Shown in pieces: positions 51,701-61,361 of a stretch of 64,000 bases of DNA. Both the position numbers and the translations under genes were made by a program. Source of the stretch: Acidobacteriota bacterium (GTDB taxonomy: Bacteria; Acidobacteriota; UBA6911; RPQK01; JAJDTT01); NCBI GenBank assembly GCA_965209055.1, contig OZ242374.1:4960001-5024000 (forward strand), written 5' to 3'. The notes under the pieces were generated by a model. It saw only the letters and a program-made list of their open reading frames with translations. It had not been told where the DNA came from and ran no database searches. Every line of letters begins with the position of its first letter. The first letter of the stretch is position 1.

Positions 51701-52034
51701 CGCCGCTTCCGGAGCGGACAAAGAAGGAAAATCCGACCGATGAAGGGGGCACGTAACGTCGCCGCCGAACCGGCTGGGCCATCTTCAGATCCTTCGCCTG
51801 GTTGTCAGCCAGAGGCGCCTCGTGGTCCTCGTCGTCCTCCGGAGTCGCAGGATCGAGGCCCGAGAATCCTGGTTCCACGGGGTGTAGAACGCCGGTGGGG
51901 TACCGCTCGAGAGGCGATCCCTTCAGAAGGCCATCACGCGCCGGGCCGATCAACTGGAGACGAACCCAGTCCACCAGGCGTTTGCGATGCTCCGCCCAAG
52001 GACTCTTCGATAAGCCGTTGTCTGGTGAAGCCAT
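48786..52034 (-). CDS. DrmA-like SF2 helicase
   Basis: FPTGGGKTEAY, RYTLRLLT, QDELHL, ASTAT, NMISVGVD, QASSRIGR, CPWC..C zinc site. Confidence 0.9.
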   Translation of the reverse strand: MASPDNGLSKSPWAEHRKRLVDWVRLQLIGPARDGLLKGSPLERYPTGVLHPVEPGFSGLDPATPEDDEDHEAPLADNQAKDLKMAQPVRRRRYVPPSSVGFSFFVRSGSGVRLRITASAAVYERRGERDDQGRFLSREYRRKSLECALEWTGGESRKSEDLLLEVRQRPHGQGRILTVVFANRRNPARIGEDRDERCLFEAGLECEVVNGELAEYPRVDPSLLTEEERELELQYRDKRIYAVGHGAAVDWTVESGTPPRIRTRFIPEVDVPLVTVKARGVDEDILVMKDLAEASAEAVADRLDVFVDGYERWIREQSRDADDLESAVERDTAGRICGRMATARDRMRRGVALLRTDAGARFAFRQANRAMLAQMRQQDLNRTERKRDEPRDPRKYRWRPFQLAFLLAVIESTVREEDDFRGVLDLIWFPTGGGKTEAYLGLVAFLIVWRRFQHGTMGGGAAVLMRYTLRLLTRQQFERATRIICALELLRRENPDRLGDEPITVGMWVGRAASPNTCQQAKDCVKELAAGDEDAGHQLVLRTCPWCNREFEAPRSYRATLESFAFLCRNPECEFGPDGESDEPAPLPCNVVDEALYQRPPTLLIATIDKFARLAWEERSSVFLGRRPPGSRSPRRPPELVIQDELHLIAGPLGSVAGLYEAGLETVLEQRGVRPKYVASTATIRMAREQVRRLYGRELAVFPPPGLSAEDSWFARTDPSRPGRLYVGYLAPALDQRRCLAPLAAALLHAPLAVFRDQQDRDDLLEAWWTQVIYHGSLRGVGNSHNTYATSVRDLVRRFDREHRQGVRDGAGSDGDSTADPERTDAEGAAELRQNVVQLTSFSPPQRNARTFDQLHRRRGEPDCLDAVLATNMISVGVDVDRLAAMVINGQPLTTAEYVQASSRIGRAAVPGLVFSNYYRHQARSLSHYENFRPYHESFYRFVEPTSVTPFTYQVRTRALHAALVTALRHGCDAWSRNEDAGAFDANDDRVREVIRRLKRRCREADEARGEISGRHLDRLAERWHQEARRCERQRRRLSYQANDRSADGLLRQFDDPPSRGLWRTLNSMRNVEDTGVLQRDD

Positions 52035-52176
52035 CGACCTGACGCTCACCGAGTGCATACCGCGCTGTCACGATTGCGGTTTCGGGCGGAATTCGATCTG
52101 TCGTCCGAGTTCTGCCGGGTCCCGGGAGGTTCAGGATCCCCGATCCGGCAATTTTGCAGTTGGAAAATCGATCTTC

Positions 52177-52512
52177 CTAGTCGAAATGCTTCGCCTGCAA
52201 GCGCTCCGCGGCGTGGTCCGTCTGGTCGACCACGGAGGCTGCGGCGACCCCCATGGCAATGGAGATGGTCTCGCTGATCTCCTCCCGGGTGGCGCCGTAC
52301 TTGAGGGCCTTTCGGAGATGTCCGTCGAGGCAACCCTCGCAATTGAATCCCAGGGATGCGGCGATGGCGATCAGCTCCTTCTGCTTGCGGTCGATGGACG
52401 AAGACTTGTAGGTCTCCTGGTAGAACTTGAAGTAGATCTTCCGCATCCGGGGCTCGACCATGCTGTAAGAGGGCCATTTCTCCCGACTCCCCGGACTCTT
52501 ATTCACTGCCAT
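52177..52512 (-). CDS. Carboxymuconolactone decarboxylase/AhpD-like protein
   Basis: KQKELIAIA...CEGCLDGH...GATREEI. Confidence 0.88.
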   Translation of the reverse strand: MAVNKSPGSREKWPSYSMVEPRMRKIYFKFYQETYKSSSIDRKQKELIAIAASLGFNCEGCLDGHLRKALKYGATREEISETISIAMGVAAASVVDQTDHAAERLQAKHFD

Positions 52513-52622
52513 ATTGGGGAAAGGTTAGCACACCGCGTCGGGGCCGTTCCAGGCTGGCGAAAGGCGACAGGAACGGCGTTCGGAATTGGACGGCGGAGCA
52601 ATTCTGCTACTATCTTTGACCC

Positions 52623-54812
52623 GTGTCTGCCGTGGCGTTTCTACTGCTGCTGGCCCTCCCCGCCATGGGCCAATCCCGGGACCGGGCAAGGGTCGAACTG
52701 GTGTCCGAGCACGGACCCGTCACCATCGAGGCCGACCGGCTCGCCCGGGAATCGAAGGATCTCTGGGTTGCCGAAGGGCAGGTCGTCGTTACCCATCAGG
52801 ACGGCACCATCGAAGCCGGGAGGATGACCTACGACTCCCGGACCGGCCGGCTCCTGATCCTGGAGAGTTTCGAGGTGAAAAGGGGGGACCTGCGGCTCAA
52901 GGGTTCCGACGGAGAGCTGAACCTGGAGACCCAAACGGGGATTCTGAGGCAAGTGGAGGGCTCGACCGACAGGAACATCCTGGTCCAGGCAGAGACCCTG
53001 CACAAGACCGGTCCCGACAGCTATGAAGCGCGAAACGGTTTTCTGACCGCTTGTGAGGAAGCCGTCCCCAAGTGGAGCTTCACCGTCAAGAAGGGGACCA
53101 TCACGAGCGGCGAGAGGGCTCGAATTCACCACACCTTCTTCAAGATCAAGAACATCCCGGTCTTCTACTTCCCCTTCATGTCGATTCCCACGGAGAAGAA
53201 GGAACGTTCCAGCGGATTCCTGCTTCCCAGCACCGGCTCCTCCGACAACAAGGGCCGGCGGTTGAGCCAGTCGATCTATCTGGTCCTGGGCCGGAGCACC
53301 GACATCATCTTCCATGAGGACTACTACTCCAAGCGTGGCTTCGGACATGGCTTCGCCCTTCGGACCCGGCCCAACCAGACCAGCTCTCTGGAGTTGGACG
53401 GGTACTTGATCAAAGACAGCATGGAACAGGGAGGCGCCAGCCTCAATGGCCAGGGCGAAACCCGGTTCGGAAACGGCTACCGGGCGGTGGCCGATTTCAA
53501 CTTCGTCTCCAATTTCACCTTTCGGCAGGTGTTCTCGGACAACTTCTTCACCGCCACGCGGCCCACGGAAAGCTCTACCCTCTTTTTGACCAGGAACCAG
53601 GGATCGAGGAGCCTCAACGTCTCGTTCTCCCGGGAAGAGACCTTCTTTCCGGAGGGAAACGTCGTCGTCCAGAGCGCACCGGGCGCCCAGTTCCGATTGA
53701 GCGGCCACAAACTTCGGGACATTCCCGTATACCTGGATCTGGACACGTCGGCGGAGGGGTTGACGCGGCGCGATTCGCTGCTGGAGACCTCGGGCCTGAC
53801 CCAGCGCCTGGACTTCTTTCCTCAGATCTACGCATCCCTTCCACTGGCCCAGGGCCTCCGGCTGACTCCGAGACTGGCCTTTCGGGAGACCTTCTACGGG
53901 AACAGTCTGGCCGAGGCAGGCGATGGCGACTCACGGGACGTGTTCAACGAAGAGAGCTTCTCGCGCCGATATGCCGAATTGACGGTGGACCTGAAGGGAT
54001 GGGGCCTCTCGCGGATCTACGGCGACCCTGCGCAGGGCGGGCGCATGAAGCACCTGATCGAGCCCACATTCCGATACCAGTACCGGACCGGCATCGATCG
54101 GTTCGATCGGCTTCTCCGTTTCGACCATCTGGAATCCATCACCGATACCAACGAAGTGGAATACGGACTCTTCAACCGCTTCTTCGTCAAACGCCGGACC
54201 CCCCACGGCTCCCAGACGCACGAATTGCTGGCCCTCAAGCTGGTCCAGAAGCACTTTCTGGACCCCGACTTCGGCGGTGCTTTCCAAGCCGGCGCCGTGA
54301 ACCAGTTTCTCTCGTTCCACTCCCTCACCGGCTTTCCCTTCGGGGGTCTGCGAAGAGGTTTTTCTCCCATCACGGCAGTGGCGCGCGTCACGCCGGAACC
54401 CCGTGTCAATTTCGATGTCCGCACCGATTACGACCCCGATTTCCACCGCGTCCGCAACGTCGCTGTCATGGGTTTCGTCCACAGCGAGCGATTCCTTCTG
54501 GGCACCGCCTACTTCGTGACCCGGGAGCTGGAGCCGGGCACGATTCAGACCAACCAGGTCCAGGGACAGATCGCGTTGGGACACCTGGGGCGAGGCGCGT
54601 CCCTGTCCAGCACCCTCAGCTACGACGTCCACTCCGCCCGATTCCTGAACTACCGCACCCGCCTCAACTACTTTTGGGACTGTTGCGGGATCTCGCTTGA
54701 TTTCGTGGGGTTCAACGTCGGAGTGCGCCAGGAGAACCAGATCCGGTTTTCCTTTTACCTCAAGGGAATCGGAACCATTGGGACCATCAAACAGCCCCGG
54801 AGCGTCTTCTGA
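52623..54812 (+). CDS. lptD: LPS assembly outer-membrane protein LptD
   Basis: Signal peptide, OstA-like N-terminus, FLTAC...P.W, RSSGFLLP, beta-barrel C-terminus. Confidence 0.88.
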   Translation: MSAVAFLLLLALPAMGQSRDRARVELVSEHGPVTIEADRLARESKDLWVAEGQVVVTHQDGTIEAGRMTYDSRTGRLLILESFEVKRGDLRLKGSDGELNLETQTGILRQVEGSTDRNILVQAETLHKTGPDSYEARNGFLTACEEAVPKWSFTVKKGTITSGERARIHHTFFKIKNIPVFYFPFMSIPTEKKERSSGFLLPSTGSSDNKGRRLSQSIYLVLGRSTDIIFHEDYYSKRGFGHGFALRTRPNQTSSLELDGYLIKDSMEQGGASLNGQGETRFGNGYRAVADFNFVSNFTFRQVFSDNFFTATRPTESSTLFLTRNQGSRSLNVSFSREETFFPEGNVVVQSAPGAQFRLSGHKLRDIPVYLDLDTSAEGLTRRDSLLETSGLTQRLDFFPQIYASLPLAQGLRLTPRLAFRETFYGNSLAEAGDGDSRDVFNEESFSRRYAELTVDLKGWGLSRIYGDPAQGGRMKHLIEPTFRYQYRTGIDRFDRLLRFDHLESITDTNEVEYGLFNRFFVKRRTPHGSQTHELLALKLVQKHFLDPDFGGAFQAGAVNQFLSFHSLTGFPFGGLRRGFSPITAVARVTPEPRVNFDVRTDYDPDFHRVRNVAVMGFVHSERFLLGTAYFVTRELEPGTIQTNQVQGQIALGHLGRGASLSSTLSYDVHSARFLNYRTRLNYFWDCCGISLDFVGFNVGVRQENQIRFSFYLKGIGTIGTIKQPRSVF

Positions 54813-55351
54813 CGATTTCTCCCCCCGAGGCTGCCATCCTGCTTTCACTCGGGTCCAATCTGGGCCGCCGGGAAGTCTACCTGGCTCGCGCTTTGAACCG
54901 TTTGGACGAACGGGGAGTGGAACCGGTTCTCTGCTCTTCGGTGTACGAGACCGAACCCGTGGGAGGTGTGGACCAAGACCTTTTTCTGAACCTGGTTTGC
55001 CAGGTCGAGACCCGCCAAGCCCCCGCATCCCTGCTGGCCACCTGCCTGGAGGTCGAGTCCTCGCTGGGCCGGTCGCGCAACATCGTCATGGGACCTCGCA
55101 ACATCGACATCGACATACTCTTTTTCGGCCGGGAGATCGTCCGCCGGCGGGACCTGCAGATCCCCCATCCTCGATACCGGAACCGCAGGTTCGTCCTGGT
55201 CCCCTTGAACGAGATTCTGCCCTGCTTCAAAGACCCGATTACGGGGAGAAGGCCGGACGAATTGCTCCGGCTCTGCCCGGACCGGACGCGGGTCACAAGA
55301 TATGGCGCGGCCGCGCGTCACCCGGCGCCGGCGTACTGGAAGATCGGATAA
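54809..55351 (+). CDS. folK: 2-amino-4-hydroxy-6-hydroxymethyldihydropteridine diphosphokinase
   Basis: LSLGSNLG upstream of the ORF-track start, SSVYETEP, GPRNIDIDIL, IPHPR; probable CTG start. Confidence 0.9.
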   Translation: MTISPPEAAILLSLGSNLGRREVYLARALNRLDERGVEPVLCSSVYETEPVGGVDQDLFLNLVCQVETRQAPASLLATCLEVESSLGRSRNIVMGPRNIDIDILFFGREIVRRRDLQIPHPRYRNRRFVLVPLNEILPCFKDPITGRRPDELLRLCPDRTRVTRYGAAARHPAPAYWKIG

Positions 55352-55528
55352 CGCTGCCGTCCGGGTCCCGGAGCCGGTTGGATCCCGTGCGGCCATCACC
55401 ATCGGCTGGTATACTCGGCGGCGTTTTTCGGGACTTGCCGAGGGTGCGATTTCCGGCCGCATGACCGTGGTTGAATCGGGAGAGACCTTTGGCATGACTG
55501 GCCATGACCCATTCGGGGCCGAGGCAGG

Positions 55529-56257
55529 ATGAAAGAGAACGAGCCTCAAGAAACTTCCGCCAAGCAGGAGAGCACCCTGCGGGAGTACTTCGTCACCACC
55601 GTCGTCTGCACCATCTTCGCGCTTTTCGTCACCACCTTCGTGGTTCACCCGATGACGGTTCCGACGCCTTCCATGGAACCGACGATTCTGGTGGGAGACC
55701 GGTTGCTGATCGACAAGTTCAGTTTTCGCAACGGTTACTACCCGGGTCTTCCGCTGGCCCCCGAGCGCGAGATCAGGCGGGGAGACATCGTCGTCTTCAA
55801 ATTCCCCAACAACCCGGACACTCTCTACGTGAAACGAGCCATCGGGTTGCCCGGTGAGGAGTTGGAGATTCGGGGGGGAACGGTCTACATCAACGGATCA
55901 GCGTTGGAGGAGCCCTACAAGGTGCATCGCGATTCCGCCCTCGACGATGGACGGAACTATCCGCGCGATCCCCATCGGGGCAACCGCCGGAACAATACGG
56001 CCACCATCAAAATTCCGGACGGCAACTATTTCGTCATGGGGGACAACCGCGACGACAGTGCCGACAGCCGCTACTTTGGTTTTCTGCCCCGAAGCCATAT
56101 CGTGGGCCGGCCCCTGGTGGTCTTCTGGTCTTACGAGGACGCGTCGGATGCCTATCTGAAGAGCTCGATCCCCGAGATGCTCGGCCTGTACCTGGAGAGG
56201 ATCGTCTTTTTCGTGACCCGGACCCGATGGAGCCGGATGGGGCACGTCGTCAGTTGA
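55529..56257 (+). CDS. lepB: Signal peptidase I
   Basis: PSMEPT, YVKRAIG, GDNRDDSADSR. Confidence 0.96.
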   Translation: MKENEPQETSAKQESTLREYFVTTVVCTIFALFVTTFVVHPMTVPTPSMEPTILVGDRLLIDKFSFRNGYYPGLPLAPEREIRRGDIVVFKFPNNPDTLYVKRAIGLPGEELEIRGGTVYINGSALEEPYKVHRDSALDDGRNYPRDPHRGNRRNNTATIKIPDGNYFVMGDNRDDSADSRYFGFLPRSHIVGRPLVVFWSYEDASDAYLKSSIPEMLGLYLERIVFFVTRTRWSRMGHVVS

Positions 56258-56295
56258 ACCGGGGGCCGCTGGAGGGCCGGGAGGACGCACCAGGA

Positions 56296-57942
56296 GTGAT
56301 CAGAACGCTGCTGGCCTATTGTTCGCGATTTGGCGCATGCCTCGCCAGCCGGTACCGCCGGCGAAGCCGCCTCTACCAGGCGGGAGTCCTGGGACTCGTG
56401 GCGGCGACCTCCACCAGTCTCGCCTTCTGGTTGCAGACCGGCTCGGTACGGACGCCATCCCCCGGGACCCCGCCCGCCGCAGTTGAAGCAAATCCCGATC
56501 CATCTGCGGCCGCCCCGTCTTCTCAGCCGGAGGTCGCTGACGAAACCCGCCGGCCCGATCCCGACTTGGCACGGAAGATCGACGCTCTGCTGGACAGCAA
56601 GCGGTACCGCCGCGCCTCATGGGGAGTCGATGTGCGCTACGTCGACGGAGGAGCCGTTCTCTATTCCCGGAATCCCCTGAAATACTTCATTCCGGCCAGC
56701 AACATGAAGGTGTTCACGACGGCTGCGGTCCTGGACCGTCTGGGACCCAACTTCCGATTCGAAACCCGCCTCGGCTACGAGGGGCAACTCCAGGAGAACG
56801 GGGTTCTGACCGGAGACCTGGTCCTGATCGGGGGAGGAGATCCCGGCTTGGCCAACAAGCTGGGCTCCGGGTCCATATTCCAGCACCTGGACACCATGGC
56901 CCGGGAGGTGGAACGGGCAGGCATCCGCCTGATCCAAGGGGACGTGATCGGCGACGACTCCTTCTTCTCCTATGCGCCCCACGGACGAGGATGGAACAAG
57001 AAGGACCTGGAGTACCACTACGCCCCTCGAGTCTCCGCCCTCTCCTTCTACGACAACCTCCTGAACCTGGTGGCCCGTCCCGGCAGACGGACCGGACAGC
57101 CCATCCGTCTTGCCAGCTACCCCTCCAACTCCCTTTTCCAATTGGTCAACATGGGCACCACCGTCGCGGATGGTCCGCAAGCCACCGGATACCTCTTCCG
57201 GTCCCTGGGAAACCACAAGGCGGTCATCAGCGGCCAGATCCCCGTCAGCAGTCCGGGCTGGACTCGCCGGATCACGATGGAGGATCCCGCCCTGTACACG
57301 GCAACACTCTTGAGGGACCGTCTTCGCAAGCGAGGCATTCGGCTCGCAGGCTCGGTCCGCTCGCGTCACACCGCGCCGGCAGACGGCGTGGAAACGCAGA
57401 TCATTTACGTCCACGAGTCCCCGCCTCTGATCCAGGTCATCTTTCGGGTCAATAGGGAGAGTCACAATCTCTACGCCGAGATCCTGCTCCGGACCCTGGG
57501 CGCCGTCGTCAAGGGCCGCGGAAGCGATTCGGGCGGACTCGAGGTGGTTTACGAGTTGCTTCGTGAAGCGGGGGTACCGTTGCGCCTCACCGACCTTCAG
57601 GACGGATCCGGGCTCTCGGAGCAGAACCTGATCACACCCCGGGCGCAGTCGCTGTTACTTCGGCACGTGGCGGGAAAGTCCTTCTTCCCCTTCTTCCTGG
57701 GGAGTCTGCCCGTTGCCGGCAGAAACGGCACGCTGAGCGGGCGGATGGGGGGAACACCCGCAGCCAACCGCGTCTTCGCGAAGACCGGAACCCTCTCCAA
57801 CGCCATCACCCTGGGCGGCTACGTCCAATCCCGATCCTCGGAATTGTTGGCCTTTTCCATCCTGGTCAACGACCACCGCTTCGGTCACTGGAACGCCCGC
57901 CGCGGCATCGACCAGATCTGCAGCCTGCTGGCCCGGCATTAG
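56296..57942 (+). CDS. dacB: D-alanyl-D-alanine carboxypeptidase/endopeptidase (PBP4, S13)
   Basis: PASNMK, SHN, DGSGLS, AKTGTL; start approximate. Confidence 0.93.
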   Translation: MIRTLLAYCSRFGACLASRYRRRSRLYQAGVLGLVAATSTSLAFWLQTGSVRTPSPGTPPAAVEANPDPSAAAPSSQPEVADETRRPDPDLARKIDALLDSKRYRRASWGVDVRYVDGGAVLYSRNPLKYFIPASNMKVFTTAAVLDRLGPNFRFETRLGYEGQLQENGVLTGDLVLIGGGDPGLANKLGSGSIFQHLDTMAREVERAGIRLIQGDVIGDDSFFSYAPHGRGWNKKDLEYHYAPRVSALSFYDNLLNLVARPGRRTGQPIRLASYPSNSLFQLVNMGTTVADGPQATGYLFRSLGNHKAVISGQIPVSSPGWTRRITMEDPALYTATLLRDRLRKRGIRLAGSVRSRHTAPADGVETQIIYVHESPPLIQVIFRVNRESHNLYAEILLRTLGAVVKGRGSDSGGLEVVYELLREAGVPLRLTDLQDGSGLSEQNLITPRAQSLLLRHVAGKSFFPFFLGSLPVAGRNGTLSGRMGGTPAANRVFAKTGTLSNAITLGGYVQSRSSELLAFSILVNDHRFGHWNARRGIDQICSLLARH

Positions 57943-58007
57943 GAAATCCTGACTACACCATGGCGGGATAAGCTCCGGATTTCCCAGCCGAGCGCCAATC
58001 CTTGCCG

Positions 58008-58355
58008 TTACAGATCCAGATGCAGACGGAGTGCATCGTCGATCTCATCCATGGTCCGCAATGGGACTCGGCCGATCCGAGCCTGGAGCCGTTCGATTGC
58101 GACGGCACGAACCTGCTCGGCCTGGGCCTTCGAATCACGACTCAGGCCACAGGAGCGGGCATGGAGGCGGACTTGGAACGGGTACACCTTCCGCACGCTG
58201 CCAGTCACCGGAACCACGGTAACGACTCCACGTCCCAATCCGGTGGCACTCTGGTTGGCACCATTGTTGCTCACGATCACTGCCGGGCGGCGATATGCTG
58301 CCTCAGCGCCCGCCGGGATGCTGAAAACTACTGTCCAGATGTCACCCCGACGCAC
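58008..58355 (-). CDS. mazF: MazF/PemK family toxin
   Basis: RRGDIW, RPAVIVSN, VVPVT, SKAQAEQVR. Confidence 0.93.
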   Translation of the reverse strand: MRRGDIWTVVFSIPAGAEAAYRRPAVIVSNNGANQSATGLGRGVVTVVPVTGSVRKVYPFQVRLHARSCGLSRDSKAQAEQVRAVAIERLQARIGRVPLRTMDEIDDALRLHLDL

Positions 58356-58369
58356 CTGTTGCAACCGGT

Positions 58370-58591
58370 TCAAGGTTTCAGTCCGTCAGTGGTTGAACGG
58401 TCCCATGCGTCGGCGTCGTCTCCGTAATCCCATTCATCCCACGCGGCCGCGTAGTCGCGAGCGAGATCCGTCGTACGCAAAAGGTGCAGCGCTGCCCGAA
58501 CCACTGCGGACCGAGACTTGATGCCTTGAGAGCGGGCATAGTCGTCGAGAAAGCCGACTTCTTCTTCGCCGAGGCTGATGCTGAGTTTCAT
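58370..58591 (-). CDS. mazE: Ribbon-helix-helix antitoxin (MazE-like)
   Basis: MKLSISL...SRSAVVRAAL, acidic tail, directly upstream of the toxin. Confidence 0.88.
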   Translation of the reverse strand: MKLSISLGEEEVGFLDDYARSQGIKSRSAVVRAALHLLRTTDLARDYAAAWDEWDYGDDADAWDRSTTDGLKP

Positions 58592-58708
58592 CCCGTCTAT
58601 GCTACCTAAAATACTACTACTTATGCTACTGGTGATCGCGGTCAGGGTAGCGCTTCCGGGCATAAACCACAGGACCTTTACTAGATCTCGCGCCCGTCAC
58701 CGGGTGGC

Positions 58709-59866
58709 TCAAACCGTGCCGCTATTCCCGCGCCTTCGAACCGGCCGAACGCCTTTTTCGATGGTCTCCCGGTAGTAGGCCTCATAGAGGGGCGCGACAT
58801 GTTGCGCCGAATAGCGCTGGGCACGCTTCCGGCAATTGATTCTGAGTTGCCCCAGCCGATCCTCCGCAAGCAGGCTCAAGGCGGCCTGAGCCATGCCGGC
58901 CACATCACCCACCGGGTGGAGCAGGCCGGTCTCGTCTTCCCGGATCAACTCCGGGACCCCGCCCACGCGCGTGGCCACCACCGGAACTCCGCAGGCCATG
59001 GCCTCCAGCGCCGCCAGGCCGAAGCTCTCTGTCTCGCTGGGCAGCAGCATAAGGTCGCAGACCGAAAGGTAGTTTTCGATGGCGTCCACCATGCCGACGA
59101 AGAAGACCGAATCACCGATCCCCAACTCGCTGGCCAGATACTGGGCGTTGGAACGCTCGACCCCGTCGCCGATCATGAGCAGGACGGCCGGGATCTGCTG
59201 ACGTACCCGGTGAAAGATCCGGACCACGTCGTCCACCCGCTTGACCGGCCGGAAATTGGACAGGTGGACCAGGATCTTCTCGCCGCGGGGGGCGAAACGC
59301 CGGTGAACCTCGGGCGAAAAGCGCCGCTGCATGCGGTCCACGTCCACGAAGTTGGGAATCACGCGGATATCGCACTCGCTGCAGAACTCCCGCAGAGTCG
59401 CCTCCTTGAGGAAATGACTCACCGCCGTGACCCCGTCGCTCTGGCGGAGTCCAAACTGGGTGACGGACAGATAGGAATGGTCCCGGCCCACCAGCGTGAT
59501 GTCGGTGCCGTGGAGGGTCGTGATCACCGGAACCCAGCGGGGATGGATCATCTCCCGGGCCAGGTAGCCGCTGATGGCGTGGGGAATCGCGTAGTGGACG
59601 TGCAGCAGGTCAAGATTCTCCCGCTTGATCACCTCCACCATCTTGGTGGCCAGGGCCAAGTCGTAGGGAACATACTCGAAGAGGGGGTAGGCCATGGCTT
59701 CCACTTCGTGGAAGAAGATGCGTTCCCCCAACTCCAGCAGCCGGCTGGGCATGGACGAGCTGATGATGTGAACCCGGTGACCCCTCCGGGCCAAGCACTG
59801 CGACAACTCGGTCGCCACGATGCCGCTGCCGCCGTAGGTCGGGTAGCACGTGATGCCGACGTTCAT
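58709..59866 (-). CDS. bshA: N-acetyl-alpha-D-glucosaminyl L-malate synthase
   Basis: [43 protein letters not shown]. Confidence 0.95.
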   Translation of the reverse strand: MNVGITCYPTYGGSGIVATELSQCLARRGHRVHIISSSMPSRLLELGERIFFHEVEAMAYPLFEYVPYDLALATKMVEVIKRENLDLLHVHYAIPHAISGYLAREMIHPRWVPVITTLHGTDITLVGRDHSYLSVTQFGLRQSDGVTAVSHFLKEATLREFCSECDIRVIPNFVDVDRMQRRFSPEVHRRFAPRGEKILVHLSNFRPVKRVDDVVRIFHRVRQQIPAVLLMIGDGVERSNAQYLASELGIGDSVFFVGMVDAIENYLSVCDLMLLPSETESFGLAALEAMACGVPVVATRVGGVPELIREDETGLLHPVGDVAGMAQAALSLLAEDRLGQLRINCRKRAQRYSAQHVAPLYEAYYRETIEKGVRPVRRRGNSGTV

Positions 59867-59947
59867 GGCAATTGGGGCGGCAATCCGGTCAGGCCTGCAG
59901 GGAATGGCGGGTTTGAACGCGCCGCGGTGAGCCCGGCCATCCCGGGT

Positions 59948-61270
59948 TCAAACGATCTCGTCCACCTTGAACTGGATCTTTTGGAACGCTTCCTCGGAGA
60001 TGGCGCCGGTGCGGCCCGATTCCATCTTTCGAGCCACATGGCGTTTCCCCTGTTGGGCAAACTGGAAGTTCCGGACGGATCCGTCTTTCAATTCGATCCG
60101 CACCCGGACCTGAGGCGCGGGAAGGTCCGTCCCCGCCTCGACGGAACCGGCGTCGATGGACTCGAACTTGATGTCGTCCATGGGATACCAGAACTTGTAG
60201 GCCAGCGCCTCCTTGCCTTTTTGCTCCTCCGGCTTTTCCAGGATCCACTTGTAATCCTCGCGGCGGGCATGGATCTCCTGATCACCGATATTTACCGAAA
60301 CGGAAGCGATCTCATCCTGGTCCACGTCGACGACATCCTTGTCACGAAACTCCCACAGCTCCTGGACCAGCTTGTCCCGGACCTCCCTGCCGATGCTGAA
60401 GACGGGAGACCGGGAGGGATTGCGGGCCAGATACTGGTCCTCGGCCTCCTCGAACTCGTTGCCCAGCTCCAGGGTCTCCCACTGATCCTGCCCCTCATGC
60501 TGGAAACGGACCCTCAATTGCGGTTTCTCCAGCCCGTACCGGCCCAATTCATCGCTCCCCTCGGCGACGAACTGCTTCGCCTCGGCGAATTCCAGCGAGG
60601 ACAGGAGACCCGTCACGGCGCTCTGGTCGGCCGCCTCCTGGAGAGGCGATTCCAGCATCCACTTGCCGTTCTCCTTCTTGAGCCGCAGCTTCTCCGAAGC
60701 GCGATCGATCTCGACGACCGCGACCTTGTCCCGCTCCATGGAGATCACTTTCTTGTCGCGCCAATCCATCAACTTCTTGTCCGCCGTGGTGAAGAGACGA
60801 TCCGAAACCACGTGAACCTGCGACTCGCCCTGCACCTGGACATAGACTTTGCTTCCCGTGAAGTCGTCGCTGCCCACGCTCAGCACTCTGCTCTCGTCAT
60901 CCGCCCCGACCGTGAGTTTGAGACGGGGTTCGGCCAGTCCGTACTCCTCGGGTCCCGCGCCCACCTCCTCGAACGTCCGGTCGATGCGTGCCGTCCCCAG
61001 GTCGCGAACCAGAGAGTCGACGCTGGTCTTGTCGGCGGGCCCCTCCAGCGGCGCCTTGAGGGCCCAGCCCTCGCCGATCCTCTCCAGGAGAATCGAATCC
61101 TGACCGGGACGGTCCATCCTGACCGAACTGATCTGGTCCTGTTCCAGACGGAGCAGGCTCTCCTCCCGCTCCTTGGCCGCTTGCCGCGTCTTCTCGCCTT
61201 CGATCTCGTAGAAATAGACCCAGAGGACCAGGGCCAGGAATGCAACAAAGAGGACGCCGATCTTTTTCAT
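59948..61270 (-). CDS. DUF4340 domain protein
   Basis: N-terminal TM segment, repeated EYGL..P units, downstream of the Gld-like ABC genes. Confidence 0.85.
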   Translation of the reverse strand: MKKIGVLFVAFLALVLWVYFYEIEGEKTRQAAKEREESLLRLEQDQISSVRMDRPGQDSILLERIGEGWALKAPLEGPADKTSVDSLVRDLGTARIDRTFEEVGAGPEEYGLAEPRLKLTVGADDESRVLSVGSDDFTGSKVYVQVQGESQVHVVSDRLFTTADKKLMDWRDKKVISMERDKVAVVEIDRASEKLRLKKENGKWMLESPLQEAADQSAVTGLLSSLEFAEAKQFVAEGSDELGRYGLEKPQLRVRFQHEGQDQWETLELGNEFEEAEDQYLARNPSRSPVFSIGREVRDKLVQELWEFRDKDVVDVDQDEIASVSVNIGDQEIHARREDYKWILEKPEEQKGKEALAYKFWYPMDDIKFESIDAGSVEAGTDLPAPQVRVRIELKDGSVRNFQFAQQGKRHVARKMESGRTGAISEEAFQKIQFKVDEIV

Positions 61271-61361
61271 GGTCATCGTCCGGAAACCGCTCGGGAGCCG
61301 GCCCCGTCCCCGGAGCCGCTCCCGGGAGCACACCGGGGCTCGGCTCAGGTGCCGCCGAGCC

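Noticed and set aside
48960-51743. 927-aa plus-strand ORF
   Set aside because: Antisense shadow of the DrmA-like helicase in high-GC DNA; no recognisable motifs
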